Assembly: GCA_032718475.1 (NCBI GenBank)
Contig: JAUCBJ010008239.1
Location: 1 to 51,529, forward strand
Direction: 5' to 3'
Origin: Nemertoderma westbladi
Taxonomy: Eukaryota > Animalia > Xenacoelomorpha
Length of the DNA: 51,529 bases
The notes beneath the pieces were generated by a model. It was not told where the DNA came from. It searched no databases and worked only from the letters and a program-made list of their open reading frames with translations. Every line of letters begins with the position of its first letter. Position 1 is the stretch's first letter. Made by a program: the position numbers and the translations under genes. This document shows, one piece after another, positions 32,172-45,100 of this stretch.

Positions 32172-34359
32172 GCGGGTTTTACAATAATGGGCCATGTCGA
32201 ATAACGAGGGTGGGTTTTACAATAATGAGCCATGTCCAATAACGAGGGTGGGGATTACAATAATGGGCCATGTCCAATAACGAGGGTGGGGATTACAATA
32301 ATGGGCCATGTCCAATAACGAGGGTGGGTATTACAATAATGGGCCATGTCCAATAACGAGGGTGGGTATTACAATAATGAGCCATGTCCAATAACGAGGG
32401 CGGGTTTTACAATAATGAGCCATGTCCAATAACGAGGGCGGGTTTTACAATAATGAGCCATGTCCAATAACGAGGGTGGGGATTACAATAATGGGCCATG
32501 TCCAATAACGAGGGTGGGTATTACAATAATGAGCCATGTCCAATAACGAGGGCGGGTTTTACAATAATGAGCCATGTCCAATAACGAGGGTGGGTTTTAC
32601 AATAATGAGCCATGTCCAATAACGAGGGCGGGTTTTACAATAATGGGCCATGTCGAATAACGAGGGGGCGTTTTACAATAATGAGCCATGTCCAATAACG
32701 AGGGCGGGTTTTACAATAATGAGCCATGTCCAATAACGAGGGTGGGTTTTACAATAATGAGCCATGTCCAATAACGAGGGCGGGTTTTACAATAATGAGC
32801 CATGTCCAATAACGAGGGCGGGTTTTACAATAATGAGCCATGTCCAATAACGAGGGCGGGTTTTACAATAATGAGCCATGTCCAATAACGAGGGCGGGTT
32901 TTACAATAATGAGCCATGTCCAATAACGAGGGCGGGTTTTACAATAATGAGCCATGTCCAATAACGAGGGCGGGTTTTACAATAATGAGCCATGTCCAAT
33001 AACGAGGGCGGGTTTTACAATAATGAGCCATGTCCAATAACGAGGGCGGGTTTTACAATAATGAGCCATGTCCAATAACGAGGGCGGGTTTTACAATAAT
33101 GAGCCATGTCCAATAACGAGGGCGGGTTTTACAATAATGAGCCATGTCCAATAACGAGGGCGGACAATAATGAGCCATGTCCAATAACGAGGGCGGGTTT
33201 TACAATAATGAGCCATGTCCAATAACGAGGGCGGGTTTTACAATAATGAGCCATGTCCAATAACGAGGGCGGGTTTTACAATAATGAGCCATGTCCAATA
33301 ACGAGGGCGGGTTTTACAATAATGAGCCTTGTCCAATAACGAGGGCGGGTTTTACAATAATGAGCCATGTCCAATAGGTGGGTATTACAATAATGAGCCT
33401 TGTCCAATAACGAGGGCGGGTTTTACAATAATGAGCCATGTCCAATAGGTGGGTATTACAATAATGAGCCATGTCCAATAACGAGGGCCGGTTTTACAAT
33501 AATGAGCCATGTCCAATAACGAGGGGCGTTTTACAATAATGAGCCATGTCCAATAACGAGGGCGGGTTTTACAATAATGAGCCATGTCCAATAACGAGGG
33601 TGGGTATTACAATAATGAGCCATGTCCAATAAAGAGGGCGGGTTTTACAATAATGAGCCATGTCCAATAACGAGGGCGGGTTTTACAATAATGAGCCATG
33701 TCCAATAACGAGGGAGGGTTTTACAATAATGAGCCATGTCCAATAACGAGGGCGGGTTTTACAATAATGAGCCATGTCCAATAACGAGGGCGGGTTTTAC
33801 AATAATGAGCCATGTCCAATAACGAGGGTGGGGATTACAATAATGGGCCATGTCCAATAACGAGGGGCCGTTTTACAATAATGGGCCATGTCCAATAACG
33901 AGGGCGGGTTTTACAATAATGAGCCATGTCCAATAACGAGGGTGGGTTTTACAATAATGAGCCATGTCCAATAACGAGGGCGGGTTTCACAATAATGAGC
34001 CATGTCCAATGACGAGGGCGGGTTTTACAATAATGAGCCATGTCCAATAACGAGGGTGGGTTTTACAATAATGAGCCATGTCCAATAACGAGGGAGGGTT
34101 TTACAATAATGAGCCATGTCCAATAACGAGGGCGGGTTTTACAATAATGAGCCATGTCCAATAACGAGGGCGGGTTTTACAATAATGAGCCATGTCCAAT
34201 AACGAGGGCGGGTTTTACAATAATGAGCCATGTCCAATAAGTCCAATAACGAGGGTGGGGATTACAATAATGGGCCATGTCCAATAACGAGGGGCCGTTT
34301 TACAATAATGGGCCATGTCCAATAACGAGGGCGGGTTTTACAATAATGAGCCATGTCCA
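32172..34359. repeat. 38-bp tandem repeat, about 57 copies
   Basis: Unit TTTTACAATAATGAGCCATGTCCAATAACGAGGGCGGG with minor variants; no unique spacers. Confidence 0.97.
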
Positions 34360-34921
34360 TGGACGTGGTTCATTTTATCACTTTATTTTGCAGGACACCT
34401 GCGACATGATCCATTTTAATTATAATTTATTGGACAGTTAAATAAAAAGTAGGATATCGCAACAGCATAGTCGTAACAAAGATAGAGATGCAGAATGCCT
34501 CATTTCCTCTGATAGGGGGGGAAACTGGACGCAATAAAAATTCATCCCTCTCCAGGGGAAATTCGACGCAAATAACAGCTGATAACTCTCAATAATAAAA
34601 CTGTAACATGTTCTATTGTGTTTAGTTTATTGTTTTGGTTAAAATAACGTGCCACTGTAACCTGCTCCTTTCCCTAAATTGAGAATTTAACATTGAGGCG
34701 GGATATGAATTCGCCAAGGCGGTTTTTGCGTCAAGTTCCCCACCCCCCCCCCCCCCCCCCCGTCTCAATTTCCTACACTTACTATGCCTAATAATAAATT
34801 TTTTAAAACCCAAATTTTTGGACATTTTGGCTCATTTTTGCTTACAGTGATGTAAATTGGACCATGTCCAAAAAAATTAGAAAAATTCGGTCACATCAAT
34901 AATGAAATGATTGTCAATTTA

Positions 34922-35177
34922 ATTGAAAAATTATAGAGACCAAAAGTGACCAAAACAAAGTTAATTGACGTATATTACGGCCAACAGGCCTTTATTCAAC
35001 GTCTAAAGTCAGGTTTATTTATTTAAACACCGAACCGACGGACTGACAGCTGTCAGTCCGTCGGTTCGGTGTTTAAATAAATAAACCTGACTTTAGACGT
35101 TGAATAAAGGCCTGTTGGCCGTAATATACGTCAATTAACTTTGTTTTGGTCACTTTTGGTCTCTATAATTTTTCAAT
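34922..35177. repeat. Perfect spacer-less palindrome, 2 x 128 bp
   Basis: Centre GACTGACAG|CTGTCAGTC between 35049 and 35050. Arms are complementary out to 34922/35177. Confidence 0.95.
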
Positions 35178-35922
35178 ATGATTACATCAGTGACATGGGC
35201 ACACACCTTCCTTAAACGTATTGTCAATTTAACGAGACACTTCAAAAACTTAATACGCGTTTTTCTCGGAATGACAAAATGTGGACATTGCTGGTTGTGG
35301 TTCTAAGGGGTCGGTATTGACTTATATCATCAACATAATATGAAATGCATTGCATATCGTTCATCTATGTTTAAGTTAAATCCATTGGCTTCCAAACATG
35401 ACCATAATCTCATGTTTACATTTATCACATGGTTGAGTGTTCAAAAAATAAAATGTAATATAATTTTCTGTAGGACACTCTGTGTGTTATTGCGATATAT
35501 CTTTCTGAGATATTTTGGTGTTATTATTTGCTGTAACGACACCTGAAGATTTATTTATTTTATAATTATACAATATTGTATATATAAAGATAAACAATAA
35601 CAAACGGAAATATATAATAAAAGGAAATTTAATGTAAATTTACCGCAAGGCAATATATAAAACAGATAATGGAGTTAATGTAGTTCTTAATAATTATTAC
35701 GATTAATTAATAAATAATGAAATATTATGATTTATAATAATTAAATAGTAATTAAAATACCCCCAAATATTTCTCCAAAATCGTTCTAAAAAGGAAATTC
35801 GCGGGTTCTTGCTGGCCCTCTTGCATATCCAGATCCACACGAAACTACTCCAATAATATATTTGGCGGGGCCACAAATACATCCCTCTATTATTTTATAT
35901 TGTTTAATTTAATTAATCGCAG

Positions 35923-36154
35923 AAAAGTTAAAATACGAGAGGAACTGGATCAAACCTCTCAGATACTTACTGCCGGTGGTAACTCGGATACATCGAGACC
36001 GACAGACGTTGGCGACGGCTGTCGGCTAACTGCCGGTGGTAACTCGGATACATCGAGACCGACAGACGTTGGCGACGGCTGTCGGCTACAGTCGACGGAT
36101 GTCGATCGAATTAAACTAGCGATAGCGTCGGCAGCAGGGGACAGTCGAGCTCGG
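35923..36154 (+). CDS. CASP8AP2: FLASH/CASP8AP2-like gene, exon 3
   Basis: Acceptor AATCGCAG|A in phase 2 completes exon 2's CG to CGA, then KVKIREELDQ... Donor CGG|GTGAGT is phase 0. Contains a 60-bp in-frame duplication. Confidence 0.65.
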
Positions 36155-36612
36155 GTGAGTGACACACAGGTTGACAGGTACACTGTCGGCCAAAGTATAG
36201 ACCTGTCGCAAAGTATACCGGTCGCAAAGTACACCGGTCGCAAAGTATACCGGTGAGGTTTATGATGAATATGAAAATCATATCATAATATTTTTTTTCA
36301 ACTATTATTAAATTGTTTGTGATAAATTACCGTAATCTACCGTACATATTACATAAGGTATATAATAATTTAATTGTATAATGTCCATTAGACAATAAAA
36401 AATTTCATAAAAAATTAAAACCTTTTAATATGTACCGTTGGATATATACCGGTGCCGGTTTATGTTTAGAGTGCTTAAATTCCTAGTGTATCATCTTACA
36501 AGAAACCAATTTATTTGAATGTAAGATTGATGGCGTAGTGAGCCCGTATTTACCCGGATTAATAGCTAGATAGGTGAACCTCGTCCACAAACATTATAAC
36601 ATTTGGTTTTAG

Positions 36613-38373
36613 GTTGATGTTTGTCGGGAAAACAACCGCACGAGAGCTGATACGGTTCCTTGTTCTAGAGATGGGCGCGCGAAGCAGACTAGCATGCCGT
36701 CACCAAGGACACCACCAACCTCTCTCGGTAAACCATTTATCCATAGAAGTCGTCTTTCCAAATTCGCGAGGGACGACGGACAATCTCCTGATGTAATTAG
36801 TAGACCGGATGCCGTTGTGTCGAATTCTCCATCAACCGTCTCTGGGACGTCTCGTAATCCATTACATGCCGTTTTAAACTCGACGAACAAGATTAATAAA
36901 CACCAATCCCTACCGTTTTACCCACCTCCCCTACCCTTTACCCACCCAAATACCGCGCGTAGAATTAAATCTCCGGCTAAATCGAAAAAGAACCGAAGTA
37001 ACATCGGGGACCCGAGAACGCGTCGAATTATTCCGAAGAAACAACGGACTTCGCCAACCCTCCGGGAAACGGCGGTAATTATTCCGTCTTCGCTCGTTCC
37101 ATCAGATAAACGCGACTCCCTTAGCGGAAGTAGCGTCGGTTGTGCCCCGCTAGATGGCGCAACCGTAGATACAAACTATTCCTCTGGGGTGTCTGTCGCT
37201 GTAGATTGCGCGAAGTATAGCAATCCTTCGTCTGTGAAGACTTCATGTAGTCAGGCCATTCCACCACAAACTGAAAAACTTAAAACGAAAATTAAACTTA
37301 GCGATTATAGAACTCGGTCAATACAACGCCCACCTGCGTTGTCAGCTGATCGCATTCCTAAAACGTTGACCACAACAGAAACTGATTCCGCGTCAGGTGG
37401 TATATCTAGGAAGGACTCCTCTATTAATGCGAAAGACCCATCTAGTATTTCTGTGACGGATTCTACTATTATGGAGGCCAAAGATTCACCTAGTGCATTC
37501 AAGAGTGACCCACCATCAGTGGCCGTTGACTCCACGCATGTTATACTTAAAACAGATTCCGCTAAAGACTCTCAAACAGAATCGCTCATAGATTCCCATC
37601 AACTAGACCCCCCAAAGAACGCCCCTCCCCACCTAGACGACTCACATTATGTGACATTGTTCCAAAAACGAATGGCTCGTAAGATCAAACTGGTAGAGGG
37701 AATGCATAAAGAAACTCAGGCAACTTGTGGTAACATTATTGAACCAACAATGGAATCCTGTTGTCTCTCACCGATGGTATCCAGTTCCAATATGAACACA
37801 ACCTTGCGGACACCGACGTTAGGTTTAGTGTCCGCTACTTCCACACCCAACGCCCATTCTACTCCTGCGTCTCAACCCTCAAAGCCAGGAGTCGACAATA
37901 ATATGGGAACGGAAGTTCCAGGAACTCCAATAGTTGAGCCATTTTCTCTTCCCATAAACGACTCATTATTACATAACTCGGTTGAAACCGATAATTTAAT
38001 TCCAATTAGTTGTAGCGATTCTCCATGCCGATCCGATCCGGTTCGGAAGATTTCATTGTTGGATCACATTCGCTCTTCTATCGGAGTGCGAACCAACTTT
38101 ATATCCGGGGATTCCAGTGAGGGCCGCCGGTCTCTGTCGCCCGACGGCGGGCCCTATACGCCGCTTACACCTTCTAGAATCAAGAAAACCGCGCCCAAGA
38201 TGCGGATTACTAATACGTTAGTAGTTGCTGCTGATGTCACCCCTGGTGCTGCATCCGCATGCGTTAATGTGTCAGAAAACTCATCCAAAGAGTTATCAGA
38301 AGACGTTGATATGCCAAGTAATGTAAATAATGAAATTACGATTTCAAGTGACGAGAATGATACAACACAACAG
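36613..38373 (+). CDS. CASP8AP2: FLASH/CASP8AP2-like gene, exon 4 (587 aa, S/P/T-rich, disordered)
   Basis: Acceptor GGTTTTAG|GTT in frame with ORF 36694; donor CAG|GTACGG; phase 0 at both ends. Confidence 0.75.
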
Positions 38374-38852
38374 GTACGGTTTATTTCTTGTGAAATATTA
38401 TTATTATTTATTTTATAATTTAAATATTTTATATTCGCGCGAAATCGGATTCATTATCGCGAATATATTAAATTACGGGAGAGTAACGATGGCCTGTGCT
38501 AATGGAATTAATTTATTGTTTTGGTTAGAATTACAAGCCACCGCAACCTGCTACATAACTTTTAAAGAATTGCCGAAACCCTTTCAAATGAGCCAAAAAT
38601 AAAGAAAATTGGATAAAAAATGGTGGAGGAGTAGTAATTTGAAAAATGAAAAATATCATTCCAAGATAATAGCCTTCAAAGTTTAAACCTTCCCACCAGA
38701 ACTGGCTGTCTATGGTCTCGTTGGTTAATTATTTCTGGCATGATAGAAGCACATCACCGGGCAAAACTTTGGTTTCGCTAAGCGGTTTTCAGATTTGAAA
38801 TCCTCATTAAATTCTGCTTGAAATTAAGTTGCATCTGTGTGAATACTGAGCA

Positions 38853-40620
38853 ATAATAATAATAATAATAATAATAATATATATATTTATATAGCGCCTT
38901 TCTAGGCATATTTCAAGGCGCTTTTGAATAAAAATTAACAATACGGTAAAAAACAGTAAAAACATGTTGACATAAAAACATATATACAATAATGAGTTAA
39001 AATGAGTTAAAAAGGCGCATCATGGTACTCGCGTTGAAATAAAACAGTTTTCAGTTTCGATTTAAAAGTTGTCAATGTAGTGGCTGAGCGCACGTCATAA
39101 GGTAGTGAGTTCCAAACATGTGACCCGGCAGTGGAGAAGGCGCGCCTGCCATAGTTCTCTAGCGAGTACCGAGGGGTTACCAAAATATTACCCGCGCTCG
39201 AGCGTAATTCTCTACCGGGTGTGTATGGCGTCAATAAGTCGCTGAGATAGTGCGGTGCCAAGCCATTCAGACACTTATAGCACAACATTGCCAGTTTGAA
39301 TTCCACCCGTCTAATAATAGGGAGCCAATGAAGTCGTTTTAGAACGGGAGTTATGTGTTCTCGCTTCTTGACACTTTATAATAGTCGCGCGGCAGAGTTT
39401 TGTACATATTGCAGCTTTTTCATATATTTGGCAGGCAATCCATAATAAAGAGAATTATTATTATCCAATTTACTTGTAATGATAGCATGTATTAAGATTT
39501 CTAAGTCGGGTTTGCAGAGATATCGCTTGATTTTAGATAGGTTCCGAAGATGGTAGAACGAGTCTCGTACAACATTGGAGATTTGTTTTTTAAAGGTAAG
39601 GTGCGAGTCCATGATGAAACCTATATATCGTGCGTGATCGCTGTTAGATATAAAATCATTTCCAATATTAACTTTGTTGGGGGCAACTTGGTCACCAAAT
39701 CGAGACTGCAGTAAAAGTACCTCGGTTTTATCTGTATTCATTTTTTAAAAATGGTCCTTCATCCAAATTCTTACATCTCTGAGGCAATTTTCTGTAATGT
39801 TTACAGCATCCACATAATTTATAGGTTTGAATGATATATACAACTGCGTGTCGTCAGCATACAAATGGAGAGAAAGACCGTATTTTCTGATTACCTGTGA
39901 TAGTGAACGAGTATATATCGAAAAAAGTAGCGGACCAAGCACTGATCCTTGGGGTAATCCAAACTTAATATCTTGGTGCTTGGAATAAGACTCCCCAATC
40001 CTGACTCCTTGTGTTCGTCCATGGAGATAAGATGTGAACCAGTCCAATGCCGTCCCACAAACCCCAATACAATTATCCATGATATATATTAGTTTATTGT
40101 GATCGACAGTGTCAAATGCGGCACTTAAATCTAATAATATCAGAAGCACTGTTGAGCCACCATCGATTTCACGCAATATATCGTTGTTGACCTTCAATAA
40201 AGCAGTTTCAGTGCCATGGAACTGCCGGTAGGCACTCTGCATTGGCTCAGATAAGCCATGTAGATTCATATGTGTAATTAGCTGCTGTGCTACCGCCCTC
40301 TCAACTAGCTTCGATATAAATAATAAGTTAGATAATGGTCGAAAATTCTTAAATATTTCGGGATCCATGCTGACTTTCTTTAAAACCGGTGTGAGTATAG
40401 CCTCCTTTAGTAAATAGGGTACAGTCGCAGTTGTTATAGATAGATTTATTATCAATGTTATGATTGGCAGAAGCAGATCTATTGATAATTTGAGAACTCG
40501 TGTCGGCAATGGGTCGTGGGGGCTAGATTTCGATTTCGACTCTTTTATAAGAGTAGCAGTTTCATCCATTGACACCTTACGAAAGTCTGTGAGTATTTCA
40601 GGCGGAGTTGCATCATTTCA
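38853..40620 (-). pseudogene. 5'-truncated L2/CR1-group LINE (RT plus 3' tail) in intron 4
   Basis: DPLPT, NFRPLSNL, LDLSAAFDTVDH, GLPQGSVLGPLLF, YADDTQLY, QNSAARL. Frameshift near 39745, stop at 39376, (TTA)n tail near 38853-38880. Confidence 0.9.
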
Positions 40621-40627
40621 CATAGAT

Positions 40628-41024
40628 GGGTCGCCAGCATCAACGCCAGGGTCGCCCATAGTAACCGTCGGCTCAGGAGGGTCGCCCACAGTAACCGACG
40701 ACTCGGGAGGGTCGCCCGTAGCAACCGTCAACTCGCCCAGGTCGCCCGTAGCAACCGTCGACTCGGGAGGGTCGCCCGTAGCAACCATCGACTCGGGAGG
40801 GTCGCCCGTAGCAACCATCGACGCGGGAGGGTCGCCCGTAGCAACCGTCGACTCGGGAGGGTCGCCCGTAGCAACCATCGACTCGGGAGGGTCGCCCGTA
40901 GCAACCATCGACTCGGGAGGGTCGCCCGTAGCAACCATCGACTCGGGAGGGTCGCCCGTAGCAACCATCGACTCGGGAGGTTCGCCCGTAGCAACCGTCG
41001 ACTCGGGAGGGTCGCCCGTAGCAA
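40628..41024. repeat. GC-rich 30-bp minisatellite, about 13 copies
   Basis: Unit GGGTCGCCCGTAGCAACCRTCGACTCGGGA, at the 5' truncation point of the LINE. Confidence 0.95.
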
Positions 41025-41518
41025 TACCCCCCCCCCCCCCGTCTCTGTTATTTCCATTTAGGTCCAAAAATATAAATAAATTTTACCAAACCTCCCTGAC
41101 AGTGACACTACAAAATTAAAATTGTATGGAGAATAATCTGTATTAGGGAAGGAGGTAGACTTTGAATATACCTTTTATAAATACTATCTAATAGGCTCAC
41201 AGTAAATTAATAAGAGAAAAGTCATACAGAAAAGCAGAATTTAACAAGAAGATTAAATGTGGGAGATTTTATCTTTAGCCCCCGATCATTAGATGTTATT
41301 TATTCCCATAAGGGAAAACATTTCTTTATCAGGGAAGCTAAACCGGGAATTATCTTTACCCCTCAAACTCAAGAAACCGGTATGGTCAAATTTAGAGTAG
41401 AATGTACAATTACATGGCTCGCCCCTTATCTCCTCCAACCGGATTTTGTTGTGGTTCAGTGGGTACGATAACGTATCGAAAAGGGCTCACTGTTTTAATC
41501 GGCGGAAAAGTATTGGTG

Positions 41519-41869
41519 AAAAATATAAGACTTGAAAAATACCGCGAGTAATAATATCGAGAGTAAAAATATCGCGAGTAAAAATATCGAGAATAAAAAT
41601 ATCGAGACTTGAATAATATCGAGAGTAAAAATATCGCGAGTAAAAATATCGAGAATAAAAATATCGAGAGTAAAAATATCGCGAGTAAAAATATCGCGTG
41701 TTTAAAAATATAGAGAGTAAAAATATCGAGAGTAAAAATATCGAGAGTAAAAATATCGCGAGTAAAAATATCGAGAGTTAAAGTATTGCAAGTAAAAATA
41801 TTTTTACTCTCGATATTTTTTAAACTCGCGATATTTTTACTCGCGATACTTTTACTCGCAATACTTTTT
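41519..41869. repeat. 15-bp unit array with an inverted portion (foldback-like remnant)
   Basis: TAAAAATATCGMGAG repeated to about 41800, then the reverse complement from about 41800 to 41869. Confidence 0.8.
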
Positions 41870-42157
41870 AATTATAACCCTAGAATACGAAATATTAATT
41901 TTTCTTTATATTATATTTTATAATTTAACTTTCTTTGCCTTCTTCAAATCCAGTGAGCAGAAAGAGGGCGTTCTGCATCTTATGTTAAATCTTAAAATAA
42001 AAAATAAAATAAACATTAATTGAAAGAATGTATTATTGGCTAGTGAAAAAAAGCATTACTTTCTTTCATTATTTTTCAAAATTTGAGTAAGTAGGCACTT
42101 CTAATTTTTCAGGGTGTTGTTATTTAATTTAATACAATTTAATTACTTTATTTCCAG

Positions 42158-45100
42158 TCAAACGTTAAACAACCTGACTTCCTGACCGACGAATTGTCTA
42201 TTATCGAATCCGACTGTGACGAATTACAACTGTTGATGACCGAATCGGTTTGTGGATCTATAATCACCAACGATTCTCCTACTACCATTAGCCCTCTAAC
42301 AGGTACTCCTTGTGGGTCTCCTGTAACAATCCATGATGTTGTCTCGGTTCCTTCTTTGGAGAACTTATCTGAAGAATCATCAAGTACAAAGTTAGCGATA
42401 ACTCCAATAGAATCACCAGAATCACGGACTATAAGGAAACCATTTAAATTGCGTTTTAAAATGAAAACTGATAAGTATTTAACAGAAAAATACGAAACTG
42501 TTTCACCTCATACGTCTCGCATAACCAAAAATAGCATAGTATTGGAATTACCAAATTCATGTCATGAGGTATGTGAGAATGCGGTTTCTACTTTTGCGAG
42601 TGATACCAATGGTCAGTGCAGTGAAATTATTGCTGTAGATGAAAAGAGTCCCTGTGTTGAGAACAGTTGCTCAACAAATAAGTGCAATGTACTTCCTTTA
42701 GACACCAATAATGACCGACTAGATAATAGCGCCTTTACAGGCACAGAATTAGTACTAGAAGACTGTTTATCTTTAGATTTGCCGGAATATGATTTCTTTA
42801 ACAAGGAATGCGATCTAGAGGGTGGCGTTTCAAGTATACGATTTGACAACACCAGGCAGGGTGGGGCTGTAAAAGTTTGTTCTGGAGAGACTAATACCAG
42901 TTCTGACACTCTTAAGGCTGTTAGTCACCAGAATGTGAGGCGACTTGGTGGCAGTGGTTCGAAAATTAAAACATCGTCACCAGAAGTGATAAGACATCGT
43001 GATTCTAGTATAAAGAGCAGGGAGGGGAGCCATTGGAACTCCCCCATTAAAAGCGCTCGTAATTCACATATGAAAAGATATAACCGTGATCGATATTCTG
43101 ACAGACACGATAATGTAAGGGGTTGTAGGTCATCTAGTGATAGTCGAAGAGAGTCACGAACAGAAGGAAGATATACCAGAACAGATGCAGTAATGTCGAG
43201 ATTAGAGGGTAAACAGTTTATACCAGGGGGTAATAAGTCCAGAACAGAGGGAAGAGAGTCAAGAACCGAGAGGAGAGAGTCAAGAACAGGGGAAAATGAG
43301 TCAAGAACAGATGGAAGAAAGTCCAGAATAGGGGAAAATGAGTCAAGAACAGATGGAAGAAAGTCCAGAACAGATGGAAGAAATTCAAGAACAGAGGGAA
43401 GAGAGTCCAAAACAGAGGGAAGAAAGTCCAGACTAGAGGGAAGAGCTTCCTCAACAGAGCGAAGGGTACCCAGCACAAAAGGAAGCAAGTCAAGAACATG
43501 GGAAAGTGAATCAAGAACAGAGGTAAGAGAGTCCAGAACAGAGGAAAGAGCATCCAGCACAAAAGAAAGGAAGTCAAGAATAGGGGAAAGTGAGTCAAGA
43601 ACAGATGGAAGAAAGTCCAGAACAGAGGGAAGAGCTTCTCCAGCAGAGGGAAGGGTGCCCATCACAAAAGGAAGCGAGTCAAGAACATGGGAAAGTGAAT
43701 CAAGAACAGAGGTAAGAGAGTCCAGAACAGAGGGAAGACGGTCAAGAACAGGGGAAAGTGAGTCAAGAACAGAGGGAAGAGAGTCAAGAACAGAGGGAAG
43801 AGCGTCCCCAACAGAGGGAAGAGCTTCCCCAACAGAGGGAAGGGTGCCCAGCACAATAGGGAGCGAGTCAAGAACATGGGAAAGTGAATCAAAAACAGAG
43901 GTAAGAGAGTCCAGAACAGAGGGAAGAGCATCCAGCACAAAAGAAAGGGAGTCAAGAATAGGGGAAAGTGAGCCAAGAACAGATGGAAGAAAGTCCAGAA
44001 CAGAGGGAAGAGCTTCCCCATCAGAGGGAAGGGTGCCCAGCACAAAAGGAAGCGCATCAAGAACATGGGAAAGTGAATCAAAAACAGAGGTAAGAGAGTC
44101 CAGAACAGAGGGAAGAGAGTCAAGAACAGGGGAAAGTGAGTCAAGAACAGAGGGAAGAGAGTCAAGAACAGAGGGAAGAAAGTCCAGACTAGAGGGCAGA
44201 GCTTCCTCAACAGAGGGAAGGGTGCCCAGCACAAAAGGAAGCGAGTCAAGAACAGATGAAAGAGAGCCAAGAACAGAGAAAAGTGGGCCAAGTACAGAAG
44301 GGGGAGAGTCAATGACAAAGGGTAGTACACCCAGAATAGTGGAAGGGGAGTCCAGAACAGGGAGGAGAAAGTCCAGTACAGAAGGAAGAGATTTATTATC
44401 AGAGGTGCCAGTGCTGAGAACACAGGGAGGAGAGTCCAAAACAGAGGAGAAACAGTTTAGAGTAGAGATTAGATCACCAAGACCAGAGGGAAAAGAGTGG
44501 AAAGCAGGGGCATACAGCCTCCAAGGAGGAAAACATTCTCATAATATAGTTGGTCATGTACAATACAACCACAACAGTACATATTTTAAAAGTGATGACA
44601 ATCAAATTGCAATATCCCAAAAATCATATAAAGATGATTTATTTAGCACTGATAAAAGAAATAAGCTAACAACCCATTCTACAACAAAATACAGTGTTAG
44701 TGCAAAACATAACAATGATAGAAGCCATGTTCATCGTACTTTGCCTGGGAGTCGATCAACACTCAATAATACATTATTAGCACCTCAGTCATCAAACAAA
44801 TCCGTGACTAATAATATATTGCATAATGATTCGCGATTAGTAGTGGATGGTAACACAAATAATAATGAATCAAAGAACCATGTGGTAGACTCCTCCACCA
44901 ATCATAACACATTGTCCACCTTTGAGAAGTTGATTGGAAGTTATCAAACCTCGCCACCAGCGAATTGGGTCATTTCATTCTCAAGTAAAAAATCCTGCGG
45001 AGTTTCAAATCTCGAAACTAATGCAGTGGAACAGTCTACTTTTCCTCACATAACTAAGAATCCACCTCCTATACAAGGTGATGCAGTCTCACATGCAATG

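Noticed and set aside
32172-34359. CRISPR-like 38-bp repeat
   Set aside because: Contiguous units without spacers.
40460-41119. ORFs of 109-219 aa over the 30-bp minisatellite
   Set aside because: Open in several frames because the unit is a stop-free multiple of three; lies in an intron.
42925-44439. 504-aa Leu/Ser-rich antisense ORF and other antisense ORFs
   Set aside because: Shadow of the purine-rich heptad repeat on the coding strand.
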